Source: Opitutales bacterium
Lineage (GTDB): Bacteria; Verrucomicrobiota; Verrucomicrobiia; Opitutales; UBA2987
Direction of reading: 5' to 3'
Assembly (NCBI GenBank): GCA_965226885.1
Contig: CBDDEL010000010.1
Coordinates: forward strand, 352,001 to 416,000
Length of the DNA stretch: 64,000 nt
Numbering within the stretch: the stretch's first letter is position 1; every line of letters begins with the position of its first letter. Shown here piece by piece: positions 21,176-33,254 of the stretch. The position numbers were made by a program, and so were the translations under genes. The notes under the pieces are model-generated. The model made no database searches, had not been told where the DNA came from, and saw nothing but the letters and a program-made list of their open reading frames with translations.

Positions 21176-22477
21176 CGTGCAGGTGCGCTTCGGCCTTCCT
21201 TCTGGTATCTTTCAAGTAAAGATTTCAGTTGCTGAACTACCTCAGGGTGATCCCGGTAGCAGTTGTGCCTCTGAAAAAGATCTCTTTCCAGGTCATAGAG
21301 CTGAGCTGGTGGGGCACCCTCCTTAATTTCCCCATTTCGTTTAAGGTCACTATTGACTTGCCCGGTCAAGGCATGCCATTTACGCCAGTTGTAGGAACCT
21401 TCCGTATCCGTATCGAAGCCACCCGCGCCCTGGTTCGAGATGTAAACCCACTTTCCTTTTCGCAGGGAATGATGATCAGGACTTCGCGGGGCGATCAAGA
21501 AATGATCACGAATGGGCTCGCGGGGTTCCCCAATCAATGCGGGCAATAAGTTGAAACTGTCAACACCCTCGTCATCCTCGAGCTTGTATCCCAGGATGGC
21601 CGCGATGGTAGCCAACATGTCAACGCTTGAAACGAGTTGATCGGATCGGGAACCCGGTGTAATATGCCCTGGCCAGCGAGCGAGAAAGGGCACCCGATGG
21701 CCGCCTTCCCAGGCGTCGAACTTAAAGCCAAGCAGATCCCCGTTGATACGGTGACCCGCCTCCCAGGCAACTTTTCCGCCTTCGTTCAGCATGCCTCCAT
21801 TATCACTGGTGAAGATCACCAGCGTATTGTCTCTCAATTTCAGTTCATCAAGGGTATCGAGAATCCGGCCAACCGCCCAATCCAGTTCGTGTATAGAATC
21901 CCCATAAGGACCGCAGTCACTGGTCCCCTTGAATTGGTCGTGGGGAGTGAACGGGTGATGAATATTGGTCGTTGGGAAGTAGAGGAAAAAAGGGTCCTCC
22001 TTATGGCTGCGAATCCAGTCTACGGCACGGTTAGTCAAAGTGGTGCACACTTCTTCGTCCTTATAAAGAGCGTGGGCCGCACGCGCGCCGCCGACGCTCC
22101 CGGTGTCAAACTTCTCTGGATGTGACTCCGTATTGCCCGGACCACCAAAAACAGATGTACTGGAGGAATCTCGGCCCGCTTCGGTATTGCTCGGACCGCC
22201 AAAAACGATTGGATCATCAGGATCATGGCCCTTTATTTGATGGTCCTCGATATAAACGAAAGGGGGGTGGCTGTTTACAACCGGCACCCCGAAGTAGGTG
22301 TCGAATCCAATTTCTAGCGGCCCCGGGTTTAGCTCGCCGTTCCAATCGGGTGTTTTCTCACCGGAAACCCAAGTGCCATTTTCCAATGCAAGCCGTAGAG
22401 TAGCCGTGGTTCTTTAGAAGCCGGGCAATAGTCATCTTGCCCGGGTCAATCAAAAGACCGTCTTTGTGAAATGCGGG
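21172..22477 (-). pseudogene. Arylsulfatase, 5'-truncated by IS3-A and frameshifted near 22362
   Basis: GYSTACIGKWHLGF then a +1 shift; FTSDNGG, KFDAWEGGHRVP, LYDL motifs; the N-terminal CxPxR region is absent. Confidence 0.9.
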
Positions 22478-23770
22478 TGATGTGACCGCCGAAAACACTA
22501 CCATTGCCAGTGAGAGTCTTTCTGGAGAAATTACCGGAAAGACCTATGAAGCAAAAAAGATACACCCCTGAACAAATCATAACGATACTGCGCGAAGTAG
22601 ACGCAGGCAAAGGCATTCAGGATGTCTGTCGGTCCCACAATATCAGTCCTCAAAGCTACCATCGTTGGCGTAAAAAGTATGGCCGCATGGAGCTGCGTGA
22701 CGCCAAGCGGCTGAAGGAGCTGGAGCGCGAGAACACACAGCTTAAGAAGATTGTAGCCGAGCAGATGCTGGAGAACCGTGTGCTCAAGGAGGTGAACGCA
22801 AAAAAATGGTAGGCCCGAAGCAGAAAAAGGAAGCGGTGAAGCATGTATTGGCCCAAGGGTCGTGCTCGCTGCGTCGGGCCTGTCAGTATTTTGGGTTGCA
22901 CCGCTCAACCTACCTGTATGAACCCAAGAAAGCTACTGAGTATAGGCATAAACTGGTGGCACGCATCATTGCCTTTTCGAAGAAGCATCCGCGCTATGGC
23001 TATCGTCGGATCCGCGCTTTGTTGACCCATGAAGGTTGGCCCGTGAGTCGCAAATTCGTCCAAAAAGTGCGTCGTTTCGAAGGACTGGGTGTGCGGCCGT
23101 CTCGCAAGCGCCGTCGCCGGCAGGGCCAATCCACGGCTACCCCGACCCGAGCAGTGCAGCCCAACCATGTGTGGAGTTGGGACTTCGTGGCGGATCGCAC
23201 CGACCGGGGCGGTCCGCTCAGGCTCTTGACACTGATCGATGAACATACCCGTCAATGCCTGGCCATTAAGGTTGCGCGCTCACTGAAAAGTGCCGATGTG
23301 GTAGAGGTATTGAACGATGCCATAAGAGAGAACGGCAAACCTCAGTGCATCCGCTCGGACAACGGATCGGAGTTTATAGCCCACCAAGTCAAAGAAGAAC
23401 TGCAGCGACAGGAAATTGCCATCGCATACATTGATCCAGGAAGCCCTTGGCAGAATGGACATATAGAATCCTTTCATAATCGTTTGCGCGATGAATGCCT
23501 TAATCAGGAACTGTTCCTGAGCGTGACCGAAGCGCGTGTGGTGGTCGAACAATGGCGACACAAATACAACGCGAAACACCCCCACAGCCGATTAGGCTTT
23601 CTCTCCCCAAATACATTTGCCAGACTCTGGCGAACAATCAACAAAGCAGCGGCTGGCTCCATTCGGCCTACGGCCTCATTGCGCCACCCGCTGCAAAACC
23701 TACAATACCAAAATACCAAACCTACGGAAATACTCTCACTTAAAGTGGTAGCAAAGATGGGGTCCGATCA
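22478..23770 (+). mobile_element. IS3-family element A, copy 2 (orfA 22546-22812, orfB 22806-23780)
   Basis: TG...CA imperfect IRs; A-run at the orfA/orfB overlap; WSWDF, RSDNGSEF, PWQNGHIESF integrase-core motifs. Confidence 0.97.
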
Positions 23771-23859
23771 TTACCTATAACAAAATACTGAACAAGGACT
23801 GAACCGCGGTCAATAATTCTACTTTTGGGTGTTTAGTGGAATCACATGATATTGGAATG

Positions 23860-25187
23860 TGACGTGTACTGGATTTGTTGGACACGGGATTCTCTTATAT
23901 TCATTGTTTATTGATTAGTGTGTCAGGCGGCTTGTTTTGGTAAAGGGCTTTGTTTTCTCGTTGCCCCCCATGGGGGGCAAATATTTTCCTCGAATTGGAC
24001 TGGGCTTTGGTAACTCAGAGAGGAATGTTTGCGATATCGGTTGTAGAAGATTTCCACGTATTCGAAGACAGTTGATCGCAGTTCGCGCTCGTCGGCAAAG
24101 TGGCGGCCTCGAATCGTGCTGGTCTTGAAGCGGCCGTAGAACGATTCCATGGCCGCGTTGTCGTAGCAGTTGCCTTGGGCGCTCATGCTCGGCTTCATGC
24201 CTAGTTCAGAGACCAGCCTCTGATAGTCGTCGCTGGCGTAGGGGCTGCCCCGATCGCTGTGATGAATAATCCCGGTGCGCAGTGTGCCGCGGGTCATGGC
24301 CGCGGCTTTGAGGGCCTTGCCAACCAGCTTCGCGTCGTTGTGGTTGGAAACGCTCCAGCCCAGCAGGCGTCGGCTGAACAGGTCCATCACCGTGGCCAAG
24401 TACATCCAACCGGCCAGGGTCCGTAGGTAGGTCGTGTCCGCCACCCAGACCTCGTCGATATGGGTCGGCTGGCCATGCTTTTTAAGCACATTGGGGCTGT
24501 AACCATAGGGATGGTTACTGTTGGTTTTTAATGGCTTAAAGCGTTTACTCTGGGTGCTTTTGATTCCCATTTCACGCATCAGACGCAGAGCCCGGTCACG
24601 GCCGCAATCGATGCCCTCATCATCCTTCAGATGGCGGTGCATTGGCCGATGCCCATAGCGGCCCTTGGCCTCTTTGTGTACCTTCAGGATCGCCCCCTTG
24701 ATTCCCTCGTCCTCGATCCGCCGGGCCGAGGGCGCTCGGTGCCTCCAGCAGTAATAGCCACTGCGACAAATCCCCATCGCCGAGCATATTTCCTCGATCT
24801 TGAAGCGCCCCTCGTTGTCTTTGACAAACTGGTACTTCATTGTTCGTCCTTGGCAAAGTAGCCCACCGTTTTTTTTAGTATCTGGTTGATCCGCTCCGAG
24901 CGGCGCAGCTCTTTGCGAAGACGATCTATCTCGGCCGCCATCTCCTTCGGACTGCTCTGTCGCTTTGAGGTGGCTTCGCCCTGCTGATCGTCCAGATAGA
25001 GCCTCTTCCACCTATACAATTGGTTGGTGTTGACCCCAAGTTTGGTCGATACCTCGGTGGCGCTCAGACCATCGAGTATCATCAGTTGAACTGCCTCATT
25101 TTTGAACTCTATACTAAAGCGTCTTCTTCCCATGCTTCGATTCTCCATTTAGGAGAATCTCGTGTCCACTTTTTCCAGTGCACATCA
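23860..25187 (-). mobile_element. IS3-family element B, copy 2 (orfA 24837-25148, orfB 23923-24840)
   Basis: IRs TGATGTGCACTGGA.../TGACGTGTACTGGA...; WVADTTY, HSDRGS, DNAAMESF motifs. Confidence 0.97.
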
Positions 25188-25331
25188 CACTCTTGGCGGT
25201 TCAGCCGGTTAGCATGACCGTTCATTCTCCAGCCATTTTGATAAACATAGCTCGCCGACAAACGTCCCGGAGAAATATTGTTAATCTAGTGCAAGTAAAT
25301 TTCAGTTATATTAGCGTACGCCCTGGAAATT

Positions 25332-25708
25332 TCATTTAATCGACCTGATGGGGCTCAAGAGGCTGGCGTAGTGCCGCTCCGTCACCATGTAACTATCCCC
25401 CAGGAACTGCGCCGCCGCCATCAAACCATCCCGTGTGGCAATCACGCTGCCGGCATGCTTGCGCAGCTCGTGTAGCCGATTGGTCCGCTCCGGGCTGGAG
25501 CCGCCCCCCTCACCCTCCCCCCTCACCCTCCCCGCAAGCATGCGAAAAAATCTGCCAAGCCTGAGCCCTTGCGGCCCGCTCCTCATATTTACCTGTGGCC
25601 CGCCAAAAACTCTTGCCCTTGAAACGGAACCGCACATGATACACCCTAGGCTTCCCCTTCTGGAAGACATTCAAATTGTTTTGTCCGAACGATATCAACC
25701 CTCTCATA
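25332..25708 (-). pseudogene. Tyrosine recombinase/integrase remnant with a large internal deletion
   Basis: N-terminal arm-like VYHVRFRFKGKSFWRATG joined out of frame to catalytic-end LHELRKHAGS...AAQFLGDSYMVTERHY. Confidence 0.75.
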
Positions 25709-25841
25709 ATAACACGCTTTATAGCACAATACAAAGGTAATAAAACACACAAATCCCAACAATACTGACGACATTAAATTTCTTAACTCACTCTCAAACA
25801 ACGACAAAGCCGCATAGAATAGCGGAAAGTTAATTGCCAGG

Positions 25842-25917
25842 GCCTCCGTAGCTCAGTTGGTAGAGCAGGTGACTCTTAATCACTTGGTCGAAGGTTCGAG
25901 TCCTTCCGGGGGTACCA
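25842..25917 (+). tRNA. tRNA-Lys (anticodon CTT)
   Basis: 76-nt cloverleaf: GCCTCCG/CGGGGGT acceptor, GCTC/GAGC D-stem, anticodon loop CTCTTAA, GAAGG-TTCGAGT-CCTTC T-arm, encoded CCA. Confidence 0.97.
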
Positions 25918-27807
25918 TTGATATTCAATGGGTTATGCCTTTTTATCGTTACTGGTTACTGGAAAAAATACTACTGTCCGGTTTTATAGGTTCCGCAAAT
26001 TGTAGTTTTGCCACCCCAGAAGTGTTGGTTTGCACGCCACTGAGGGTTGAATGGGATCACTTTTTGAATTGGCCGACAGAGTTCGATAATTTTTTTTCTC
26101 ACTAACCCAACCACTTAAACTTGGGTTGAGAAAATTTCTCACGAATGACCTAGGCCTTTTTCATGTGTCCGGGGTTGACCAAGGAATGCCTTTACCGCAA
26201 TACGCTGTCATAGAAGGAAAAATATTGAGCACAATATCTAGCTAACACTGATGGGATCTCCTTCGTCGAAAGTTTCTTAACCCGGATATTTCGTAAAAAA
26301 AGTATCGTTGATATGCTTAACTGCTGATATACAGCAGGATAGATCAATAATTAAAGCAATATCAGCGATGACAAAAGGTAAACAATTAAAGCTACAGTTG
26401 ACAAGGGTAAAAGGCCGCCGTGTGCGGGTTGATTTCAAGGGCGGAGAGGTTACTTCGGATGCCGGACTGCTTTTGATCCGGGAAGTGGATCGGCAGTTGG
26501 GCTTGACCGAACGAGCGGCCCGACAGTTAGTGGACAAACGGCAGAAGGGCAAAGTACGCCATGAGGTCTTGGGGATGCTGCGGCAGCGCGTTTACGGGCT
26601 GGTGGCGGGCTATGAGGATTTGAACGACTTTGATACCCTGCGCCACGATCCATTGTTGCAAACGGTAACGGGGCGCATTGAAACGTTGGCCAGCGCGCCG
26701 ACTTTGTGTCGTTTTGAAAACGGGCAGGATCGGCGGGCGGCCTTTGCGGTAAACGAGCTGTTGGTCGAACAGTTCATGGGCTCCTTTGCCGAGGAACCCG
26801 AAGAGATCATCCTGGACTTTGACGCCACCGACAATCCGGTGCACGGGCTCCAGGAGGGACGTTTTTTCCACGGTTATTATGATCATTACTGTTTTCTGCC
26901 GCTATATGTTTTTTGCGGTGATCAGCTGCTGGTGGCCTACCTGCGGCCGAGCAAGATCGATGCCAGCAAGCATGCCGGGGCCATCCTCAAATTGCTGGTT
27001 AAACGGATTCGCCAAAGCTGGCCCCGTACGCGGATTATTTGGCGCGCCGACAGTGGATTTTGTCGAGACCGGATACTCTCTTGGTGCGACCGCAACGAAG
27101 TTAGTTACATCGTGGGGATGGCTCGCAATGCACGCTTGCAGCAAGACGCCCAGCAGTTGCAAAAGCAGGCCAAAGAATGGTTCGAACTAAGGGGTAAAAA
27201 ACAACGGTTATTCCAGGACTTCGTCTATGCTGCCGATTCGTGGCGATGGCTGCGGTTGGTCATCCATAAAGCCGAACACACCGCACAGGGGTCCAACCCG
27301 CGCTTCGTGGTGACGAACCTGCCGGGCGATCCCCAGGAGCTTTACGACAAGGTATACTGTGGCCGCGGTGAAATGGAGAACCGAATCAAGGAACAGATGC
27401 AATTGTTCAGCGAGCGCACCAGCGCCCATCAATGGTGGGCCAATCAGTGGCGATTGCTCTTGTCGGCGCTGGCCTACACCTTGATGGAAGCCATGCGCCG
27501 GTTAGCCTTAAAAGGGACGAAGTGGGCGCGGGCCCAATGCCACACCCTGCGGCTCAAATTAATCAAGATCGGAGCGGTCATCGTGCGCAACACCCGAACG
27601 ATTCACTTTCACCTAAGTGAGAGTTATCCTTGGGCCAGTCTTTTCAACCATGCGGCCCGCCGATTGGTGCCAACCTAAAGGGTGCATTGGTGCTGCCCCC
27701 GGCACTACCGAACCAATGGGGGAAAGGGGGCAGTGTCTCTACACCCTGAAAAACACCTAAAAATCAAGACGATCTGCTCAAAATACAAAGAAATCCATCT
27801 CCAATAG

Positions 27808-30381
27808 TGTAAACGCCGGGGAAAAACCGGTACGGTAAAGAGGGCGCTTTAAAACCGGTACGCTTATCCTAGAAAGGAGGAGTGTATCGAGATATGAAGC
27901 AATGGACAAGAGTGCGGCACAAAGTGCTGCGGGACAAGCAGAGCAAGCGCTCTGTAATGCGAGAAGAGGGACTGCACTGGGAGACCCTGGGAAAGATGCT
28001 GGCCTATTCCCAGCCGCCGGGATACCGGCGCAAGAAGAGGCGAGAGCGCAAGATCGATCCGTATGTGGGCTGGATCGAGGAGGTGCTCAAAGCGGACCGG
28101 AACGTGCCCAAGAAGCAGCGCCATACGGCCAAACGGATCTACCAGCGTTTGGGTCGGAAGAAGGGCTACCAAGGGGGCTACACGGCGGTCAAGGAGGTGG
28201 TGGCCGAGCTGCGAGCGAGGCGGCGGGAAGTGTTCGTGCCGCTGGAGCACCGCCCCGGGGAGGGACAGGTGGACTTCGGTCATGCCCTGGTGAAGGAGGC
28301 GGGGCAATTGCGTAGGCGGCCATTTTTTGCCATGAGCCTGCCCTACAGCGATGCCTTTTTCGTGCAGGTGTTCGAACGGGAGTGCACGGAGAGCTTCTGG
28401 GAGGGGCACCTGCGAGCTTTTGAGTTTTTCGGGGCGGTGCCCCGGCGCATCAGCTATGACAACTCGAAGGTGGCGGTGGGTAAGATTATCGGTTCGCGTG
28501 AACGCAAGCTGACCGACGGGTTTCTGCAGCTACAGAGCCATTACCTGTTCGAGGAACACTTCTGTCTGCCCGCCCGGCCCAACGAGAAGGGCGTGGTCGA
28601 GGGGATCGTGCGTTATGCCCGGGCCAACTTCCTGGTACCGGTACCGCAGGTTCGGGACCTGGAGGAACTCAACGCAAAGCTGTTGGAGGCATGTGAGCGG
28701 GACATGGAGCGTAAATTACGCGGGAAAAGGGCGGTGAAAAAGGAACTGCTGGCCGAGGAGCGCGCCGTCATGCTGGCGTTGCCGCCCATACCCTTTGAAG
28801 CGAGCCGCAAACGCTCGACCTGCGTCAGCAGCCTCTCGCTGGTGCGCTTCGAGTGCAACGACTATTCGGTGCCGGTGCGCTGCGCCCACCATCCGGTGGT
28901 GGTGGAAGGGTCCTGTCGGCAGGTGGTGATCTTCTGTGGGGGCCAAGAGGTGGCCCGGCACCGCCGCATTTGGGATAAAGAGCAAGTCTCTTTCGAGCCG
29001 GTGCACTACCTGGCTTTGCTGGAGAAAAAACCGGGCGCTTTGGACTTCGCCCGCCCACTCTCGGGCTGGCAGTTGCCGCAGTGCCTGCAGGTCCTCAGAC
29101 GCCGGCTCGAAAGCCAATGCGGGGGCGAAGGCACCCGGGAGTATATCCGGGTGCTGCGGCTGTTGGAGAAACACCCCATGGCGGCCTTGCAGCAGGCCGT
29201 CGTCTCGGCCCTGCGGGAGGGGGGACTGACTCGTGAGGCCATCGCCCAGTATCTCTATCCTCAGGAAGACTACGGGAGCAGAACCTTCCGGCTGGACGGC
29301 CATCCACACCTGCGTCACGTCCGTGTGGCCGCCCCTGACCTCGGTGCCTACAGCGAACTGCTCAAGATTCCAGGAGGGGCTTTATGAAGGAAGAAAAAAA
29401 CCAGCTGCTGTTACACCATCACCTCAAGAAACTGAAGTTGCCCACCATCCTGCGCGAATGGCCGGCGGTGACCCCGAAGAAACGGATCCGCCGGCCCTGG
29501 GCACAGGCGGCAAAGCCCAGGGCGGTGGCCAGGTGCGTTTTACCGGTACCGGCGTTACCGAGGAGCAGCACGTTTTCGCGCTGGTCGACATACTCCCCGC
29601 GCATGAGCTCTCGGATGAGCGCTTCGTTGATCGAGGGCTGCGCTTCAAAGGCGAAGCTCTCGAGGGTCTTGAGCACGGGGAAACGGGCGTTTTTGATCCG
29701 CCGCTGGGCGGCCCGCTGTTCGCGTTCAATGAGCTCCCGTTCGACCAGATGCAACAAAAAGGCGGCGTAATCGAGCCGGTCCCGGGAACAAGCCGCGGCC
29801 ACCGCCCTGGGCTTTGCCGCCTGTGCCCAGGGCCGGCGGATCCGTTTCTTCGGGGTCACCGCCCTGGTTACCCATATGCTCGAGCAACGCGACAACCACG
29901 ACCTGCAGCGCTTCATGAAGCAACTCGAAAGGCTCGACCTACTCATCCTCGACGAACTCGGTTACGTCCCTTTTTCCAAGACCGGTTCCGAACTGCTCTT
30001 CGACGTGGTCAGCCGCGCTTACGAGCGCACCAGTCTCATCGTCACCACCAACCTGCCCTTTGAGAACTGGATCGAAGTGCTCGGTTCCGAACGGCTCACC
30101 GGAGCTCTGCTGGACCGACTCACCCATCGGGTGCATATCCTCGAAGCCAACGGGCAAAGCTACCGCTTGCGCGATGCTCGACGCCGTCGCCGTGGCACAA
30201 AACAATAAACGCCTTGGGCCCGGCTCGTCGGCCTCCGGCCTCCTCACCGACCCCAAGCCAATCCCCAAAACCAACTCCCAAACCCTAAACCTTGACGTAC
30301 CTGCAATTACTAACCTAGACCTTATTCCAAGCGTACCGGTTTTACCCCGACCCCCGTACCGGTTTCATCCCGGCGTTTACA
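27808..30381 (+). mobile_element. IS21 copy 2 (istA 27882-29387 intact, istB rearranged)
   Basis: IRs TGTAAACGCCGGG; 8-bp TSD TCCAATAG. Confidence 0.97.
29384..30208 (+). pseudogene. istB: istB disrupted by an internal inversion (29531-29796)
   Basis: N- and C-terminal IstB coding on +, the central part including Walker A on -; 67-bp inverted repeats flank it. Confidence 0.93.
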
Positions 30382-30712
30382 TCCAATAGCAATAACGAGC
30401 CAAACTTTACCCTTCATGAAATATCCGGGTTAACGCTTAAACCGATTACGGGCAGCTGTTGCCTGACCACTAAATCATGGTTTGAAAGTCCATAAAAGGG
30501 CCTTTGGACCCGATTCCCGATTATTGTCTCAAGTTGCCCTTTTTATTGGTCTCCAAAGGAGACCACGGTCCCGGCCATATTCAATTTACCCGGACTCTGG
30601 GTGATTACCGATTTAACCTCAAAATTTGATCACGAACAGGGTACCCTCAGACATAAAACGATGCAAATCCCCCCACTCACCAAATAATTTTTAGTAGCTG
30701 TGTATTTAAGTC

Positions 30713-31762
30713 ATGATAAAAAATATAATGACACAGGATCCTGAACTTTTCGAAAAAATTCACCACCAGGATGACATTATTCGGAATCGCAAAATGAATC
30801 TTAAAGTTGCCCGCGCTGAGAAATTTTTCAAGCAACGAGAGGCAAAGGCCAATGGCTCGAAAAATCCTCCGGTAAAAAAGCCAAAAAAGGAACCCGCGAC
30901 TACAGAGGAAAGAGCCAAAAAGAAGACCTCACTTACCCGCACCCTTCCGGCCCATGCCAAAATCGTTCAAGGGCCCCTTCTACGGCAATTTCAGGATGAT
31001 TCAGTAAACGGGAACGGCAATATGAAGACCGTGGAGTTTACAGCAGATGATGAAATGGATCTGTCCATGGAAATGCTCAATATTTTCCAGGGAGTTTCCG
31101 AAAAATTGCTCTCAGGCTCCAGTCTCGGTCCATTTAAGGCAGACTTTGTCAAATTATTCTCCACCCTTGATGAGAAAAACGCTCTTTTTGAGGCCATGCA
31201 TTTACTATATGAGAAGCATCGCCTGTTCCCGTTGTTAAAGGCCCGGGCACATGTAACAAGCTATCTTATAAAATGTGCCCAACGCCAGGACTTGACACCG
31301 GCTGAAGCGCTTGCCTTCTATAAAATTTTCGGCGATGAGAGCGCCTCGATCCGTGCATCATTGAAGGAATTCTCCGCCGCTCCACTTAAAGATGTTGAAG
31401 CCCTCCTGGAAAAAATCGATTCGAACGACGCAGGCAATCTACGCGATTTAGTAAAACAATTCGCTGGGACGACTCCGCAGGGCAGAGAAATCATCCGGAG
31501 AGTGTTCTATGAGCTCAAACTGAAGGTAGATAAAGCACAGGCAGCAGAAGAAAAGCCCTCCAATGAAAATGAACCCGAAACGGAATCAGACCAGGATCCT
31601 GCTGATCAAAACCAAGATTCCGGGAAGAAGGAGGAGACGATAATGACCGCTGAACCAGCAACAACGGTAGCAGCCGATCCGGAATGTCCTCCTTCAACCC
31701 CTCCATGCCAAGGGACTGGTAACATCAAAAATACCCGGCCTGCTGGCATCTTTGCGGCATGA
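30713..31762 (+). CDS. Hypothetical protein (helical core, low-complexity charged ends)
   Basis: 349-codon ORF in AT-rich DNA; no family recognised. Confidence 0.7.
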   Translation: MIKNIMTQDPELFEKIHHQDDIIRNRKMNLKVARAEKFFKQREAKANGSKNPPVKKPKKEPATTEERAKKKTSLTRTLPAHAKIVQGPLLRQFQDDSVNGNGNMKTVEFTADDEMDLSMEMLNIFQGVSEKLLSGSSLGPFKADFVKLFSTLDEKNALFEAMHLLYEKHRLFPLLKARAHVTSYLIKCAQRQDLTPAEALAFYKIFGDESASIRASLKEFSAAPLKDVEALLEKIDSNDAGNLRDLVKQFAGTTPQGREIIRRVFYELKLKVDKAQAAEEKPSNENEPETESDQDPADQNQDSGKKEETIMTAEPATTVAADPECPPSTPPCQGTGNIKNTRPAGIFAA

Positions 31763-31906
31763 TTCAGGCGGCGACCCCTACAAACATCACTTTTTTGGCC
31801 GAATCGAGCAAAAACATACTCTTTCCTGCTCTTTATATTAACGTTATCCTATTGACTATAAAATTTTATAATATTAAATAACCACAAAGCTGAGTCATGG
31901 TGCTTC

Positions 31907-33254
31907 CTACCGTTGTTTCTTCCCGGTCAAATCTTCCTCCCGGACGACATAGGCCCTAATCACAGGCTGAGGTCCGAGACCCCTGGTAGCATTAATAAAG
32001 GGTAGTGTATTAAGTAGGAATGGTGGCTAATTCTTGATTATATTGATGAATGAAAAGTCTCAGACAGGTTTCATGCATACTCTTAAGCTTGGAAAAGGAG
32101 AGGGTTTTGCGTGTGAAACGACCCAGTCGTTGGCGCAGGGTATTGTTCCATCGTTCCACATGGGCCGTTTCACCGGTTTCTTTTCCCACGGATCGGTTAT
32201 GAGGAAAGACTTCATCATAAGTGCTCCAAAAGTCGCTGTAGGTGGCACATCTTTTGTAGGCCCGTGGCAGACGCTCGTAAAGTTCCCGGCAACGATACCA
32301 ATCCCGAGGCCCAATGGCATAGGAGAGGATTTGACGGGTGCGTCGGCAAAGAGCGATCCAAACCCATTGGGCATCGCTCTTGCGCCCCACAAAAGACCAC
32401 AGTTCGTCCAGTTCAATGACATCATGGCGGCGGGCCGCAAGAATCGTGCTTTTGAGCGGTCGCAGCGATTGTCGTTTTTTTTAACCAACTCAAAACGGTG
32501 TTGGGACTCACCCCGAAGGCGCGCTGTAAACCGCGTAGACTGCTGCGTTCCTGATAGACTCGAAGGATCATTTCTTTTTGCTCTTCGGTGTATTTCACTG
32601 TGGGGTTTTCGCGGCTTTGTTTACCACAATCATGGCAGCGGTAGCGCTGTTTATGGTTGGGCGTCTTGCCAAATTTAATGATATTTTCACTTCCACAGTG
32701 CCGACAATTAATAATTTTAGTAACCATGCACTAAGAATAAACTGCCTAACGCTATTTGTACAGCTAAAAATACAAAATAACATTCTTTTTTTATACACTA
32801 CCTAATAAAGTTATCATTAGTGTAGTCCGAAATGACAATCGTCCCGTCGCTCATCTGCGTCCAGTTGCTGTAACCGGAATCGCTCGAATAATCCATGACA
32901 ACCAGGCGATCACGACGAAACTGGTCCGGGTAGCCATCCCTGGCATGCCATCTCCAATCGATCGAATAGTCGTCCGGGTTGTTTACTTTGGCGGAGACCG
33001 ATCTCCAATGCGACACAGTCTTGAGTTTGCTTCCAAACCGAACCAGGCGCGACTCAATACCCAAAACCGACCTCTGTAACTTAAGTTGACCGTCGATATA
33101 AACCTGCATCTCCCCAGCATCGCGAACGATTCTATAACGATGCCACTGTGTTGTATCCATCTCAACACCTTCTTCGGAGGCATGTGGCGCCACTTCGTCC
33201 AACGCAGCGCCGGTAGCATCAACGGAAGAAATCTGTTGAAAACGATGAGGAAGA
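31907..33254 (-). pseudogene. C-terminal fragment of a sialidase/BNR-like protein, split by IS1-B and 5'-truncated by IS1-A
   Basis: WHRYRIVR..MQVYIDG lectin-like strand motif; DSGYSNWTQMSDGTIVISDY continues across the IS as NFINATRGLGPQPVIRAYVVREEDL. Confidence 0.65.
32001..32802 (-). mobile_element. IS1-family element B, copy 1
   Basis: IRs GGTAGTGTAT; 8-bp TSD TAATAAAG; InsA CRHC..CHDC; InsB VERWNNTLRQR. Confidence 0.97.

Larger units (their letters stand above)
26281..30429 (+). mobile_element. IS1380-A, copy 2 (transposase 26308-27678) carrying IS21 in its 3' non-coding end
   Basis: IRs CCCGGATATTTC; TSD TTAA at 26277-26280 and 30430-30433. Confidence 0.96.

Noticed and set aside
22125..22210. 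Repeat FGGPSNTE/FGGPGNTE in the sulfatase
   Set aside because: Short imperfect duplication in a pseudogene with no sign of separate function.
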